This document shows, piece after piece, positions 1 to 10,399 of a stretch of 64,000 nt of DNA. The DNA comes from Thermodesulfobacteriota bacterium (GTDB lineage: Bacteria; Desulfobacterota_D; UBA1144; Nemesobacterales; UBA2774): positions 2,112,001 through 2,176,000 of the forward strand of contig OZ244197.1 of the NCBI GenBank assembly GCA_965216785.1, in the 5' to 3' direction. The notes under the pieces are model-generated. The model ran no database searches, was not told the DNA's origin, and was given only the letters and a program-made list of their open reading frames with translations. A program made the translations under genes and the position numbers. The first letter of the stretch is position 1. Each line of letters starts with the position of its first letter.

Positions 1-782
1 GCCCTACGGTAGTGCTGCTTACTCCCGGGTATTACAACTCGGCGTATTTCGAGCACTCTTTTCTGGCGCAGCAGATGGGTATTGAGCTTGTGGAGGGCAA
101 TGATCTCGTGGTCTCGGACGGCTATGTGTACATGCGCACCACGAAGGGGTTTCAGAAGGTGGACGTCATCTACAGAAGGGTAGATGACGATTTTTTAGAT
201 CCCGAGGTGTTTAGAAAGGACTCGATGCTGGGAGTGCCCGGGATTATGCAGGTTTATAAGTCGGGCAGAGTGGCTATTGTAAACGCAATCGGCACAGGGG
301 TGGCGGACGATAAGATCATTTACGCATACGTGCCTGAGATTATTAAATATTACACGGGGGAAGACGCGGTGCTTCCGAACGTGCCCACTTACGTATGTTG
401 GGACGAGAAACAGAGAGCGCACGTGCTCGAGAACCTTAAAGACCTGGTGGTAAAGCCCGCGAACGAGTCCGGGGGGTATGGGATAATGATCGGGCCCAAG
501 GCGAGCCGGAGGGAAATAGAGAGCTTCCGTAAGAAGATCGAGGCTGACCCCAGGAACTATATCGCCCAGCCCACAGTGTCTCTTTCAAGGGTACCGGTGC
601 TCGCGGGAGGGCGGTTCGAAGGAAGGCACGTGGACCTGCGTCCATACACGCTGTACGGTGAAGACATATACGTGATGCCGGGGGGGCTTACCAGGGTAGC
701 TCTCAGGAAGGGGTCGCTGATAGTAAACTCCTCAAGGGGTGGAGGCTCTAAAGACACATGGGTTCTGGGGGATGAGCCCTAG
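1..782 (+). CDS. Circularly permuted type 2 ATP-grasp protein (5' part outside window)
   Basis: [32 protein letters not shown] motifs; frame open from the window start; operon context. Confidence 0.93.
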   Translation, partial: PTVVLLTPGYYNSAYFEHSFLAQQMGIELVEGNDLVVSDGYVYMRTTKGFQKVDVIYRRVDDDFLDPEVFRKDSMLGVPGIMQVYKSGRVAIVNAIGTGVADDKIIYAYVPEIIKYYTGEDAVLPNVPTYVCWDEKQRAHVLENLKDLVVKPANESGGYGIMIGPKASRREIESFRKKIEADPRNYIAQPTVSLSRVPVLAGGRFEGRHVDLRPYTLYGEDIYVMPGGLTRVALRKGSLIVNSSRGGGSKDTWVLGDEP

Positions 783-835
783 GCGTTAAAATTTCGGTAA
801 AATAAAACAAATCTAGCAATAATCAGAGTGAAAAA

Positions 836-1816
836 ATGCTGAGCAGAGTAGCAAATTCGATATACTGGATGAGCCGCTATATAGAGCGCGCGGAGAACGT
901 GGCCAGGTTTATACGAGTAAACCTGAACCTGATGCTCGAGATGCCCATGGGCGAGTGGGAGCAGTGGGAGCCGCTCGTAATAACCTCAGGGGACCATGAT
1001 GATTTTAAGGAGCGCTACGGAGAGCCGACTAAGGAAAACGTGCTCCGCTTCCTGACCTTCGACATTGAGAACCCGAACTCCATACTCTCGACCCTGAACA
1101 AAGTAAGGGAGAACGCAAGATCTATCAGGGAAGTGATTACCTCTGAAATGTGGGAGCAGATAAATCATTTTTATCTGATGGTGCAGGACGCCTCTGTAAA
1201 CGGGGGAGCTACGGAGATGCCCGAGGACTTTTACTCACGCGTGATACAAGAGAGCCACCTGTTCGCGGGTATTTCGGACGCTACGATGAATAGGGGAGAG
1301 GACTGGCACTTCGCCCGCATGGGCAGACTCATAGAAAGGGCGGATAAAACTTCGAGGATAATAGATGTGAAATACTACATACTGCTTCCGGGGCCTGAGT
1401 ATGTGGGGACGCCGATAGACAACATAGAGTGGGCCGCGCTGCTTAAGTCCGCGAGCGCGCTCGATATGTACAGGAAAAAATTTCACCGCATATCGCCGGA
1501 GAACGTGACCTCGTTCCTTATTCTGGACAGGGACTTCCCACGCTCGATTCTATACTGTATTATTCGCTCCGAGCTATCGCTCCACGCAATAACGGGCTCG
1601 CCCATAGGCACGTTTCAGAACGAGGCCGAGAGGATGCTCGGCAGACTGCACGCGGAGCTCAACTACACAGTGATAGATGAGATAATATTGGACGGACTTC
1701 ACGAGTACCTGGACAATTTTCAAACCGAGCTGAACCTGGTCGGGGACTCGATTAGAGAAACGTTCTTTTCCATGCGCCCTATAGCACAGGCGCAGCAACG
1801 AGGAGGAAATGAATGA
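836..1816 (+). CDS. Alpha-E domain protein
   Basis: MLSRVA..YWMSRYIERAEN and GRLIERAD ER motifs, FPRS motif. Confidence 0.93.
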   Translation: MLSRVANSIYWMSRYIERAENVARFIRVNLNLMLEMPMGEWEQWEPLVITSGDHDDFKERYGEPTKENVLRFLTFDIENPNSILSTLNKVRENARSIREVITSEMWEQINHFYLMVQDASVNGGATEMPEDFYSRVIQESHLFAGISDATMNRGEDWHFARMGRLIERADKTSRIIDVKYYILLPGPEYVGTPIDNIEWAALLKSASALDMYRKKFHRISPENVTSFLILDRDFPRSILYCIIRSELSLHAITGSPIGTFQNEAERMLGRLHAELNYTVIDEIILDGLHEYLDNFQTELNLVGDSIRETFFSMRPIAQAQQRGGNE

Positions 1817-2556
1817 CTTTTTGCGCGGCAATGAAAGTGAAAAGCGGACTTGTGGGTATTGCCGATACCCTGGTGACCACGGGGACGGAGGGTATAACGG
1901 CAAGGAAGGTGACCATACACCAGTACGGGGACCGCTCTTTGTTTTTAATGACTTCGGGGCTCCGCTCTGTAAGGGACAAGGCGCTTACGTACTTTGACGA
2001 GGTGCTTGAGGAAAGTGAGGGGAAATTCGATAAGCTCTATAAGGCGGTAAACGCCTTCGCGGCCCAGGTGCGCCGAGTAGCGGAGGAGGACAAGGGAGCG
2101 CTTGAGGAAGCAGGGTTTCACTTTAACCTTTACTCCATTATAGGCGGCCAGTTGGAGAACGACACGGAGCACAAGCTCTACATGCTCTACCCTCAGGCCA
2201 ACTGGGTGGAGGTGAGCCAGGGCACCCCTTATTACCTGATCGGTGAATCGAGTTACGGAAAGCCGATAATGGACCGGGCGCTCGACTATAATTTGAATAT
2301 GGAGACCGCGCTCCAGATCGGCTACCTTGCTTTTGACGCCACCAGGACAAGCGCCATAGACGTCGACTATCCGATAGACGTCGTGCTGTACAAGGCTGAT
2401 ACCTATGATATTGTCGAGCACCGTTACGACAGCGACCAGCTGAGAGGAATCTCAAAATGGTGGCAGGACACGTTGAGGGAAGCAATACGCAATCTGCCCA
2501 ACGGTTGGGAAAAGGAAGTGTTCGGCAAGTTAAACGGGCATATAAACGATAAGTGA
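1813..2556 (+). CDS. Proteasome-type (Anbu-like) NTN-hydrolase
   Basis: N-terminal Thr after Met (MTFC), IGES.YGKPI.DR motif; overlaps the alpha-E stop. Confidence 0.88.
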   Translation: MTFCAAMKVKSGLVGIADTLVTTGTEGITARKVTIHQYGDRSLFLMTSGLRSVRDKALTYFDEVLEESEGKFDKLYKAVNAFAAQVRRVAEEDKGALEEAGFHFNLYSIIGGQLENDTEHKLYMLYPQANWVEVSQGTPYYLIGESSYGKPIMDRALDYNLNMETALQIGYLAFDATRTSAIDVDYPIDVVLYKADTYDIVEHRYDSDQLRGISKWWQDTLREAIRNLPNGWEKEVFGKLNGHINDK

Positions 2557-2557
2557 T

Positions 2558-3403
2558 ATGAAATTTAAAATCAGACACCTGACCACATACACCTTTAGCG
2601 ATATGGTCTTTTTAGATCCGCACACAGTAAGGCTAAGGCCCAAGAGCGACAGCACTCAGCGCGTGGAGAGCTTCGATATCACCATTGACCCCGAGCCCAT
2701 AGGCATTACAAATTCAATTGACCTATCGGGGAACGATACGCTTTCTCTGTGGTTCAGAGGCCTCCACGACCATCTGACAATAACATCCTCCTCAGAGGTA
2801 CAGACGCTTAGAACAAACCCCTATGACTTCATTATAACGGATAACAGAGTGGCAGAGGTGCCGGCCCGTTACGGTAAATCATATGTTGAAGAGCTCAGGC
2901 CGTATAAGAAAAACTATGAGGAAATTGCCGATGTGCTCAGAAATTACATCACCGAGGTGATGAACGAGTCAGGAAGCGAGACGCTTTCGTTTCTGGCGCA
3001 GTTGTGCTCGTCTATACATAGGGATTTTAAACATATGCACAGGCCGGAGGGCCTGCCCAGAGACCCCAGGGAAACTTTTTATTTAAAGGAGGGGGCGTGC
3101 AGAGACCTGGCTGCTCTGTTCATGGAAGGAGCTAAATCGCAGGGGTTGGCCTCAAGGTTTGTCAGCGGGTATAAGGAGGATGAGTTTTTAGAGGGCGCGA
3201 GTCATCTCCATGCCTGGGCCGAAGTGTATCTGCCGGGCGGAGGTTGGCGTGGGTATGACCCGACCACGGGGCTGATGGTAGCGGACTCTCACGTTGCCCT
3301 TGCCTCGGGCGTGTCCGCGGCGGATGCCGCCCCGGTTACAGGCTCTTACCGAGGGGACGGAATCAGCTCGACCCTAAATTTCGAGATCGATATCACCACT
3401 TAA
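2558..3403 (+). CDS. Transglutaminase family protein
   Basis: GACRD, RFVSGY, HAWAEVYLPG.GW.GYDPT catalytic motifs. Confidence 0.92.
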   Translation: MKFKIRHLTTYTFSDMVFLDPHTVRLRPKSDSTQRVESFDITIDPEPIGITNSIDLSGNDTLSLWFRGLHDHLTITSSSEVQTLRTNPYDFIITDNRVAEVPARYGKSYVEELRPYKKNYEEIADVLRNYITEVMNESGSETLSFLAQLCSSIHRDFKHMHRPEGLPRDPRETFYLKEGACRDLAALFMEGAKSQGLASRFVSGYKEDEFLEGASHLHAWAEVYLPGGGWRGYDPTTGLMVADSHVALASGVSAADAAPVTGSYRGDGISSTLNFEIDITT

Positions 3404-3480
3404 ACACATATTGTATTTCAGCCCTTCAGGTTTTAAAATAGGGTCATAAAGACTTCGCATTTTATGTAGGAGGGTTTGAT

Positions 3481-3738
3481 ATGAGATACGTGTCCAGAGT
3501 TTTTGCTACCGTAATTATTACCTTTTCTGTTTTTCTCCTAAGCTCACCGCTTGCTTTAAATGCCGAGGAGATTGAGCAGGCGCCCGTAGACACTGATATT
3601 TCTAATATATGCACACTGAGCGACTGTAATCCCGCAAAACCCTGCGCCGAGAAGGGTGAGAGCTGCTATACGATAAACGGCGCATTTTACTGCTGTATAG
3701 AACCGCCTTCCGGCGGGGCCGAGGCAGTCGGGGATTAA
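3481..3738 (+). CDS. Small secreted Cys-rich protein
   Basis: AGGAGG RBS, signal peptide, six Cys in a C-C-C-C-CC pattern. Confidence 0.65.
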   Translation: MRYVSRVFATVIITFSVFLLSSPLALNAEEIEQAPVDTDISNICTLSDCNPAKPCAEKGESCYTINGAFYCCIEPPSGGAEAVGD

Positions 3739-3822
3739 TGACTATGGGTGAGCGGGTTAAAATAGTGCCGGGATTGTTTGAGATTGCCGCGGCTCATTCG
3801 GAGCCTCGCAAAGACAGGTTAT

Positions 3823-3870
3823 AAAAAAGCTCAAAAGCCCGGCAGTTGTTAGCCGCAGGGCTTTTGAGTT
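3823..3870 (-). terminator. Intrinsic terminator of the 91-aa gene
   Basis: CTCAAAAGCCC...GGGCTTTTGAG stem followed by a T-run on the minus strand. Confidence 0.8.
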
Positions 3871-3923
3871 AGAGGAGGATGGATGATTGGCGTATTTTTT
3901 TTCTTTCAACACGCTCTCACTCA

Positions 3924-4199
3924 TTAAGACTGAGGAGCTGAGTTGTTAAGCTTCTGTACGACAAAAGAGTCAGCAGCGCTCGATGCAACGTGACCGCCCT
4001 TGCTGCCCTTATCAGAGCTGAGCTTCTGTACTGCGAGTGAGTCGCCAGCACCGGTGGCTACGTAGCCGCCGCGGATATTGTCGCTAACTTCGTTTGATTC
4101 TACCGGAACACTTACACCAAAAGCGTTAATCTCTGCCTGTGAAGCAACCGGAAAACTAAGACCTACTGCTAAGATTGATGCTAAAAGTAACTTTGTCAT
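3924..4199 (-). CDS. Small secreted protein with two GG(Y/H)VA..D...VQKL repeats
   Basis: AAGGAGG RBS, signal peptide; paralogues at 15762 and 8789. Confidence 0.85.
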   Translation of the reverse strand: MTKLLLASILAVGLSFPVASQAEINAFGVSVPVESNEVSDNIRGGYVATGAGDSLAVQKLSSDKGSKGGHVASSAADSFVVQKLNNSAPQS

Positions 4200-4230
4200 T
4201 TTACTGCCTCCTTAACTGTGTTTGTCTAGT

Positions 4231-4248
4231 TAGTTGCAGTTGCAACGA
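4231..4248. promoter_or_regulatory. TAGTTGCA-N2-TGCAAC palindromic box
   Basis: Matches boxes at 16069, 9098, 22654 and 22690. Confidence 0.55.
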
Positions 4249-4353
4249 GAAAGGATTCAGGAAAATAGGATAAATTTTTCAGAAAAGCGCAGATGATGTT
4301 GTAAGTGTGTCTAAATATTGGGGAATTATTTTTTTTCTGGAATGAAGAAATAT

Positions 4354-4430
4354 GGATTCCCGATTAAGACTTTCGGGAATGACCATATTATCTCCCCCAC
4401 CTCAATCCTCCCCCGTCAAGGGGGAGGAAG
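4354..4430. repeat. REP-like palindromes (GGATTCCCG..CGGGAATGAC and CCCCCACCT..TCCTCCCCC..GGGGGAGGA); relatives at 16193-16269, 42807-42843, 56379-56413, 57529-57568
   Basis: Short interspersed hairpins recurring across the window. Confidence 0.8.
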
Positions 4431-4456
4431 CTAGTGTATCACCCTTCTACGGGTTT

Positions 4457-5734
4457 CTACCTGAGCTCTTGTCTGAACGTCTCCTTTGCTCCTACGACGG
4501 ATAGCAGCGATATGACTGCGGCAATCGATAGGTATATGCCGGGGGCGTTGATATTCCCGGTGGATGAAATTAGGTAGGAGGCGACTAGAGGGGCTGAGCC
4601 CCCGAATACTGAAAACCCTATGACATTACCCATGGAAATGCCGCTCATCCTGACATGGGTGGGGAAAGACTCTGCCATAAAGGGGGCGAAAGCGCCCGCG
4701 AAAACGACCATAAACAGCCCGCCCGCGAGCTGCACTACTATCTTTAGCGCCAGGCTGTCGCCTGCGAATACGTTGAATATTAAAATACCCACGAGTATCT
4801 CGCCCGCGCAGCCTATGATGAGCGAGGGCTTTCTGCCGATCCTGTCCGAAAGGTAGCCGCCAAACGGTATAAACACTGTGGTGATCGCGAGTATGGTGGT
4901 GTTTAAATTAAGTATAGTGGAGAGGTCCATGCCGCCGTAGCGCGTGCCGAACGTGATGATGTAGACGAAAATTAGATAGAAAGATACGGCGAACATGATA
5001 GTAGCGCCCAGGACTGTGAGTATGGGCCGCCAGTACAGTCTGAGCGATTCGCCGAGCGGGGAGCTTGTGACCCGGCCTTTTGTCTGAATCTCTTTGAATT
5101 TTTCTGATTCCTGTACGATTTTTCTCAAGAATATAGCTGCGAGTCCGGTTACGAGACCGAGAAGGAACGGTATGCGCCAGCCGTAGCTCATGAGCGCTTC
5201 TGTGGACATCGAGCTTGATACCAAACCGCAGACCGCCGAGGCAAGCAGTATTCCCGTAGTAGTGCTGAACAGCGACATGCTGCCGTAGAGGCCCCTTAGG
5301 TTAGGGGGCGCGATCTCCGCGAATAGCGATATGGTGGCCGAGCGCTCGCCCCCGACAGAGAGGGCCTGAGCGAAGCGGAGCACAATGAGCAGCACGGTAG
5401 CCGCTATTCCAATGTCGGCATAAGTTGGCAGTAGTCCAATTAAAACGGTTGGGAACGTCATCAACACGAGTGTGAGCAAGAAGGCGTTCTTGCGTCCGAA
5501 ACGATCGCCCAGGCTGGAAATCATCACAGAGCCCAGAGGCCGTACCAGGAAGCTGAGGGCGAAGATGAGGAAAGTCGAAAGAATAGACATCGTTTCGTCC
5601 GCAAACGGGAAGAAGAGCTTTGAGAGAATTACGGCGTAGAAACCGAAGATGGAAAAATCGAACCACTCGAGGATAATCGCGAGCGAACCTGCTATCAGGG
5701 TTCTTTTGTGTGGGAGTTTGTTTGGTTGGGACAT
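4457..5734 (-). CDS. MFS transporter, MHS/ProP-like (start revised to MSQPNK)
   Basis: LEWFDFSIFG, GDRFGRK, SDRIGRK motifs; ~12 TM segments. Confidence 0.9.
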   Translation of the reverse strand: MSQPNKLPHKRTLIAGSLAIILEWFDFSIFGFYAVILSKLFFPFADETMSILSTFLIFALSFLVRPLGSVMISSLGDRFGRKNAFLLTLVLMTFPTVLIGLLPTYADIGIAATVLLIVLRFAQALSVGGERSATISLFAEIAPPNLRGLYGSMSLFSTTTGILLASAVCGLVSSSMSTEALMSYGWRIPFLLGLVTGLAAIFLRKIVQESEKFKEIQTKGRVTSSPLGESLRLYWRPILTVLGATIMFAVSFYLIFVYIITFGTRYGGMDLSTILNLNTTILAITTVFIPFGGYLSDRIGRKPSLIIGCAGEILVGILIFNVFAGDSLALKIVVQLAGGLFMVVFAGAFAPFMAESFPTHVRMSGISMGNVIGFSVFGGSAPLVASYLISSTGNINAPGIYLSIAAVISLLSVVGAKETFRQELR

Positions 5735-6000
5735 GGGGGAATCGGGGAGCTTTTTGGGAAGTGAGTATAGTATGCGGGGTAAAAAGTTGCAACCTGATAC
5801 TGAGGGATTGACACGTATGGAGTATTCACCCTTCGATATTCTCAGGGTGAGCGGGTGTATTTCGTACCTTGATTGTGAGTGATTGCCTAGGCTACTTTGG
5901 AGCCTCAAAATGGCAGTAGCCGCGCTTGGTTGCAAATAGCTATGGGATTTTTTATAATTCAAGGAGCGTCTATAGCACGCACACTACTTTGGAGGGTGAG

Positions 6001-6408
6001 ATGCCTAATACAAAACTGATAATAAGTCTGGTAGCCGGGGTATTTATATTTATATCACTTGCGGGATGCGGCGGCGCTAAAGCGCCTGTGGTCGAGATAG
6101 ACCGTCCTGACTACATCGGCTGCTACAGAGACAAGGGCGACGCCGGCGGCGCGTGGGGAAGAGATCTGGACAAGTATTTCTACAACAGCAACAACATGAC
6201 AATACCCCAGTGCATACAGGACTGTAAGGCGCTCGGATATAAGTACGCAGGCCTGCAGTCGCAAAACCAGTGCTTTTGCGGAGACAGTTACGGCAAGTAC
6301 GGTCTGGCGGAAGGTGAGTGCACAAAGCGGTGTATTGGGGATAAGGAAATGATCTGCGGGGGTACGTGGGCGAATAGTATCTATGAGACAGGGTTTGTGG
6401 GGGAGTAG
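6001..6408 (+). CDS. WSC-domain lipoprotein
   Basis: Lipobox SLAGC; YIGCY.D, MT...C...C...GYKYAGLQ...QCFCG, C...C.GD....CGG pattern; GGAGG RBS before 6001. Confidence 0.85.
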   Translation: MPNTKLIISLVAGVFIFISLAGCGGAKAPVVEIDRPDYIGCYRDKGDAGGAWGRDLDKYFYNSNNMTIPQCIQDCKALGYKYAGLQSQNQCFCGDSYGKYGLAEGECTKRCIGDKEMICGGTWANSIYETGFVGE

Positions 6409-6561
6409 CTATTTTTAGGGATTGATGTATTCATACTCCCCCTTTCGCAAAGGGGAGGAATTGTTAAGGACAGAAAATAAAAAAAGGCGCTAAGGGTATC
6501 CTCCTTTTATCTCTAAAGAAACCCCCTAACGCCTTTACAAAACTTTTTGATTATATCTGAG

Positions 6562-8598
6562 CTATCTGTTTTGTCTTGTAATTCTCCTTACCAATATAAG
6601 AGCCGGTATTAATAGATATAGCGGTATAAACCCTGCTGGGCCTGCTCCGGCGGGGGCCAGGGAGCAGTTTCCGCTGCCGCCTCCGGATACGTCTAACTGG
6701 TTAGGGACGCCGTCATTGTCCGCGTCTTTTTCCTCAAGCGGGATGCCGCCTCTATTACCATCGAATATATCCAATAGACCGTCGTTATTTTCATCCAGAG
6801 TAGCATCGGGAAGACCGTCTCCGTCAGTTTCGAATCCGCCGTTTTCCTCAAAGTCCGTCCCGCCCTCGTTGTCTGAGTCCGTATCTACGAAGTCCTGAGT
6901 GCCGTCCCCGTCCGTGTCAGGAGACCTTAATTCAAGCCCTCCCTGATCTGGGTCCACGGCGTCGGCGAGACCGTCGCCGTCAGTATCGGTAGTGTCGTCC
7001 ACACGTCCGTCTCCGTCTTGATCGAGGTCTCCCGCTCTTGCTTCCACGATATCCGTGAGACCGTCGTTATCCGAGTCAAGATCGAACATGTTCGGCACAC
7101 CGTCCATGTCCGGGTCGTTAAGCGGCCCGGTCTCTCTGGTAGATGCCGTAACGCCGGAGAGTGTCTCGTTGTCGTTTGTTATGCCGTCACCGTCAGCGTC
7201 AGCATCGCCCTGGCTCTGGACGCCGTCGCCGTCAGAATCGTCGGGGCAGAAATTGACGGTATAGTTGGTTACAGATCCGGATTTGGCCTCACACATGAAT
7301 AGCTTTATCGCGTCGTCAAACGGGAACGCATATGACGTAGGGCTCGCTGTGTTGAACGGGTCTACTGCGGGCTCGGCGTTGGTGCCCCATAGTGAGTTGT
7401 TGCCCGCTATGCAAGCGCCCATGGAGCCACCGTTCGGATAACCGGGCGCCCACGACGGGCATCCGCAGCAGTTGGGGTCCGTAACCCCCGTAGTGAAACA
7501 AGAGCCTGCGTTAACACCCGTGCATCCCCAAAGGTCGCCTTTTGTGGTAGCGCTGTCCGAGCCGCTTGCCGGGACCGCGGTGTCGCAGTCGCCGCCCAGC
7601 ACGGCGCCGCCACTGTCTTCACAAAAACCTGAGTTCCCACAGTTAAAAGTATAGGGTGGTCCGCAGTCGCCGTCAGCGCTGCATGATTTCCTGCAGAATT
7701 TCTGGGGCGCGAAGCAGCCAACGTATGTAGACCCCTGGTTCTGATCGTTAGTTGCCTGGAGCTCGGATGAACAGCTGCTCTGTGAGACTGCCAATCCGCC
7801 GCTCGCCCAGGTTGAGTTTGCGAGAACCGACTGTGTTAATCCGACCGGGGCGCATCCCCCTGTGTCGGTACACCCGGGGCTCCCGCAGAAAAACGGGTTA
7901 ACACACTTATTGAGAGTAGGATCGCATTTCCATTTGTAGCCAAAGCCGAAAAGAGGGTAGCAGTCTGTGTCCTGTGAGCATGTAGAGGTAGATTTACCCG
8001 GCAGGTTGCCTGTGAATATGCAGTTGCCGTTACCCGTGCAATCATAGGTGGAAGAGTCTGGAATAATCTCGACGGATACGTTGCCGCCGTCTACCATGCT
8101 CACGTCGTAGCTGTCCTGACCGCTGGATACGACAGTGAGCTCTGCAAGGGTTGCGGGAGGCAAGCCCGTCTGCGTGCAGTCAAGGGCGAAAACTCCGCTG
8201 CCGTTAACACAGCCGCCTGTGTCGCAGCAGTTGGCGATCATATAATCATTGCCGTTTACTTTTACTGTCTGGTCGTCGCATACGTTTTTTGCGTTAAAGC
8301 TGCATCCTGTGCGAGCCCAGAACCTGCCGCTGGTCCAATTGAGAGGCACTAGTACCGTTGCCGACTGTCCCTGGGTCATCTCCCAGCCCCCGAGGGTCGT
8401 TACCGCCTGACCGCCTATGGTTACTGATTGAACCGTGGGGTTCGCGCCTACCCAGATCGTTTCCGAGCAGTTGTTATTAATGGTGATGGTGTGTGTACTT
8501 TGGGCGTGAACCTCGGCTCCGCCGGAGAAAAGCATGAGCGCCATGAATGAAGACAGGAACAGTAGTGAGCTCAGTCTGGTGATGTTTGTAAAGGTCAT
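6562..8598 (-). CDS. Thaumatin-like (GH152) surface protein with Asp-rich Ca-binding repeats and a C-terminal Cys/TM/basic sorting tail
   Basis: NNCSETIW, SGRFWARTGC, PPATLAE, YDVSMVDG, SYAFPFDD, YTVNFCP; DxDxDG repeats; GGGSGNCSL..TM..RR. Confidence 0.85.
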   Translation of the reverse strand: MTFTNITRLSSLLFLSSFMALMLFSGGAEVHAQSTHTITINNNCSETIWVGANPTVQSVTIGGQAVTTLGGWEMTQGQSATVLVPLNWTSGRFWARTGCSFNAKNVCDDQTVKVNGNDYMIANCCDTGGCVNGSGVFALDCTQTGLPPATLAELTVVSSGQDSYDVSMVDGGNVSVEIIPDSSTYDCTGNGNCIFTGNLPGKSTSTCSQDTDCYPLFGFGYKWKCDPTLNKCVNPFFCGSPGCTDTGGCAPVGLTQSVLANSTWASGGLAVSQSSCSSELQATNDQNQGSTYVGCFAPQKFCRKSCSADGDCGPPYTFNCGNSGFCEDSGGAVLGGDCDTAVPASGSDSATTKGDLWGCTGVNAGSCFTTGVTDPNCCGCPSWAPGYPNGGSMGACIAGNNSLWGTNAEPAVDPFNTASPTSYAFPFDDAIKLFMCEAKSGSVTNYTVNFCPDDSDGDGVQSQGDADADGDGITNDNETLSGVTASTRETGPLNDPDMDGVPNMFDLDSDNDGLTDIVEARAGDLDQDGDGRVDDTTDTDGDGLADAVDPDQGGLELRSPDTDGDGTQDFVDTDSDNEGGTDFEENGGFETDGDGLPDATLDENNDGLLDIFDGNRGGIPLEEKDADNDGVPNQLDVSGGGSGNCSLAPAGAGPAGFIPLYLLIPALILVRRITRQNR

Positions 8599-8688
8599 TA
8601 ACCCCCTCCTTATATGTTGTACTAGTTCATTATATTATAACCCCATATTTATTTATAGTACGTAAGAAGAGGGGGGAGTGGATTAACG

Positions 8689-8716
8689 GAGATTGCTTCG
8701 CTATGCTCGCAATGAC
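8689..8716. repeat. REP-like GAGATTGCTTCG...CTCGCAATGAC; copies at 3780-3815, 9431-9458, 15628-15655, 21570-21605, 39482-39517
   Basis: Six intergenic copies with conserved ends and a variable loop. Confidence 0.85.
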
Positions 8717-8788
8717 AATATAGGCAAAAAGCCCGGGGGTGGTCAGCCGCCGGGCTTTTTGGGATGGAGGATGGATATATGGCTGTAT

Positions 8789-9064
8789 TTATATTAAATC
8801 TTCAAAATCAATGGGGACGCCGAGAGCGTAAAAATAGTCGCGGTCGTCCTGTGAGCGGACCTGGTCTAAGTAGCCGGGTTTACTCGTTTTCTGAACGGTG
8901 AATGTATCCAGAAAGTCTAGAGCTACATAGCCCCCGTTAATGTCCTCGGTGACTTGTGTTTTCTCAAGAGGCATATCTACCCCGAATACGCTGTCTTCCG
9001 CGTGTGAAGTGAAGTGAAAGCTAAGTACCGCTGCCAGTGCTGCTGATATAAGTAATGTTTTCAT
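8789..9064 (-). CDS. Small secreted protein, divergent paralogue of the 91-aa pair
   Basis: Signal peptide; FGV..P and GGYVA....DTFTVQK motifs. Confidence 0.8.
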   Translation of the reverse strand: MKTLLISAALAAVLSFHFTSHAEDSVFGVDMPLEKTQVTEDINGGYVALDFLDTFTVQKTSKPGYLDQVRSQDDRDYFYALGVPIDFEDLI

Positions 9065-9187
9065 AATGCTGCCTCCCGAATTTCGTTTACGTAATATTAG
9101 TTGTTATTGCAACGAAAAGGATTCGGGGATTTTTTTGGTTTACCTTAAGAAGAGAGTGTTATAGTGCTAGAATGGCTTAGTAATTTA

Positions 9188-9374
9188 TTTCTTCTTTTGT
9201 ATGATCACACACGAAGTGTGAATTACTAAAAGATTACAAAAATCACCGCCTTTACATAAATGACGCTAAAATGAATGTAGTTGTATGATCCTTATAATTC
9301 TGCCCACACCCCGTATAAGGTTTTTCACGCCATTCTAATTAACTTTCTTTACGCTATTTATGTATGTCGGAAAC
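9188..9374. repeat. Modular structured interspersed element, copy A
   Basis: Homologous to 28472-28635, 57690-58077, 59552-59830. Confidence 0.88.
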
Positions 9375-9464
9375 TATTCACTCTTCGATAGGCTCAGAGT
9401 GATTGGGGTTTATTAGTGCCAAGTTTGTCGGAGATTGCTTCGCTATGCTCGCAATGACTGCAAT

Positions 9465-9788
9465 TCAGTGTTTTATGACCGAGTCGTCCGGGATGGAGTG
9501 GGGAGATTCTTCCTCGGTCTGGGTGATTTCGATCTCGCCTTTTTCTCTTTCTATAAGCTCGAAGTTCCTGCCGAAGAACCTGTCGGCGAAATATAGTATC
9601 TCCTCTTCCGTCGCGTTGATAATGATCTTCGCCAGCGTTTCGGTCTCTCCGATCTCAAGGGGCTTGATGACGTAGGGGTTCTTTTTGTCCGGGAATACTC
9701 TTGTGATGTAGGAATTGAGCTTTCTCGTGTATTCGAGAAGCTCATCCTTTGGGACTGATATCACGAAGAAATAGTCTTTGGTTTCCAT
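9465..9788 (-). CDS. Hypothetical protein
   Basis: 107-aa ORF with protein-like composition. Confidence 0.6.
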   Translation of the reverse strand: METKDYFFVISVPKDELLEYTRKLNSYITRVFPDKKNPYVIKPLEIGETETLAKIIINATEEEILYFADRFFGRNFELIEREKGEIEITQTEEESPHSIPDDSVIKH

Positions 9789-9928
9789 ATAAACACCCCT
9801 ATATATGATTATACGGAATCCTATGCTATATCAAGAGCTTTTAGCTCGTACAAGAAAAAATTGGAATTATAAAGCCCCTTAGTTAGCTTATACATACTTT
9901 TCTTATGAAGGAGCGAGTATAACGGCTG

Positions 9929-10399
9929 ATGACCAAGCGTGAAGACATAGAGAGAGAATGGCTGGCGCAGCGGGAGAAATGGGGGCTCGAAGACTGGGAG
10001 CTTAAGCTTTCGTACCAGAGGCGTCACCTGGGATACTGCAGGCCCATGAGGAAAACCATATCCGTGTCTTTACGATATATGGAGAGAAACCCCTTTCACA
10101 TAATGAAGGACACGCTGCTGCACGAGATCGCGCACGCGGTGCATTTTCTCGAGACAGGGAAGACGGGCCACGATAACGGATGGAAAGAGGTGGCAACGAG
10201 GGTAGGGTGCGCTCCGCAGAGGTGCGCTTCAGTCAAAGGGCTGATAGTGCCCGAAGGCAAGTACACAGGGGAGTGCCGCTCCTGCGGCAAAACGGTACAG
10301 TTCTATAGAAAAGTCAAAAGGACCTATTCGTGCAGCTCATGCAGCCCGAGGCGCTACGACCCGAAATATAAGCTTCACATTACAGCAAATAACGTTTAG
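9929..10399 (+). CDS. SprT-like zinc metalloprotease with zinc ribbon
   Basis: LLHEIAHA, GH..GWK, C-terminal CxxC/CxxC. Confidence 0.88.
   Translation: MTKREDIEREWLAQREKWGLEDWELKLSYQRRHLGYCRPMRKTISVSLRYMERNPFHIMKDTLLHEIAHAVHFLETGKTGHDNGWKEVATRVGCAPQRCASVKGLIVPEGKYTGECRSCGKTVQFYRKVKRTYSCSSCSPRRYDPKYKLHITANNV

Larger units (their letters stand above)
3746..4447. repeat. ~700 bp segmental duplication, copy 1 (other copy 15594-16286)
   Basis: Near-identical terminator, gene, leader and REP-like elements. Confidence 0.95.

Noticed and set aside
5735-6000. N-terminal extensions of the MFS and WSC ORFs
   Set aside because: Family similarity and RBS point to starts at 5734 and 6001; the extensions overlap each other
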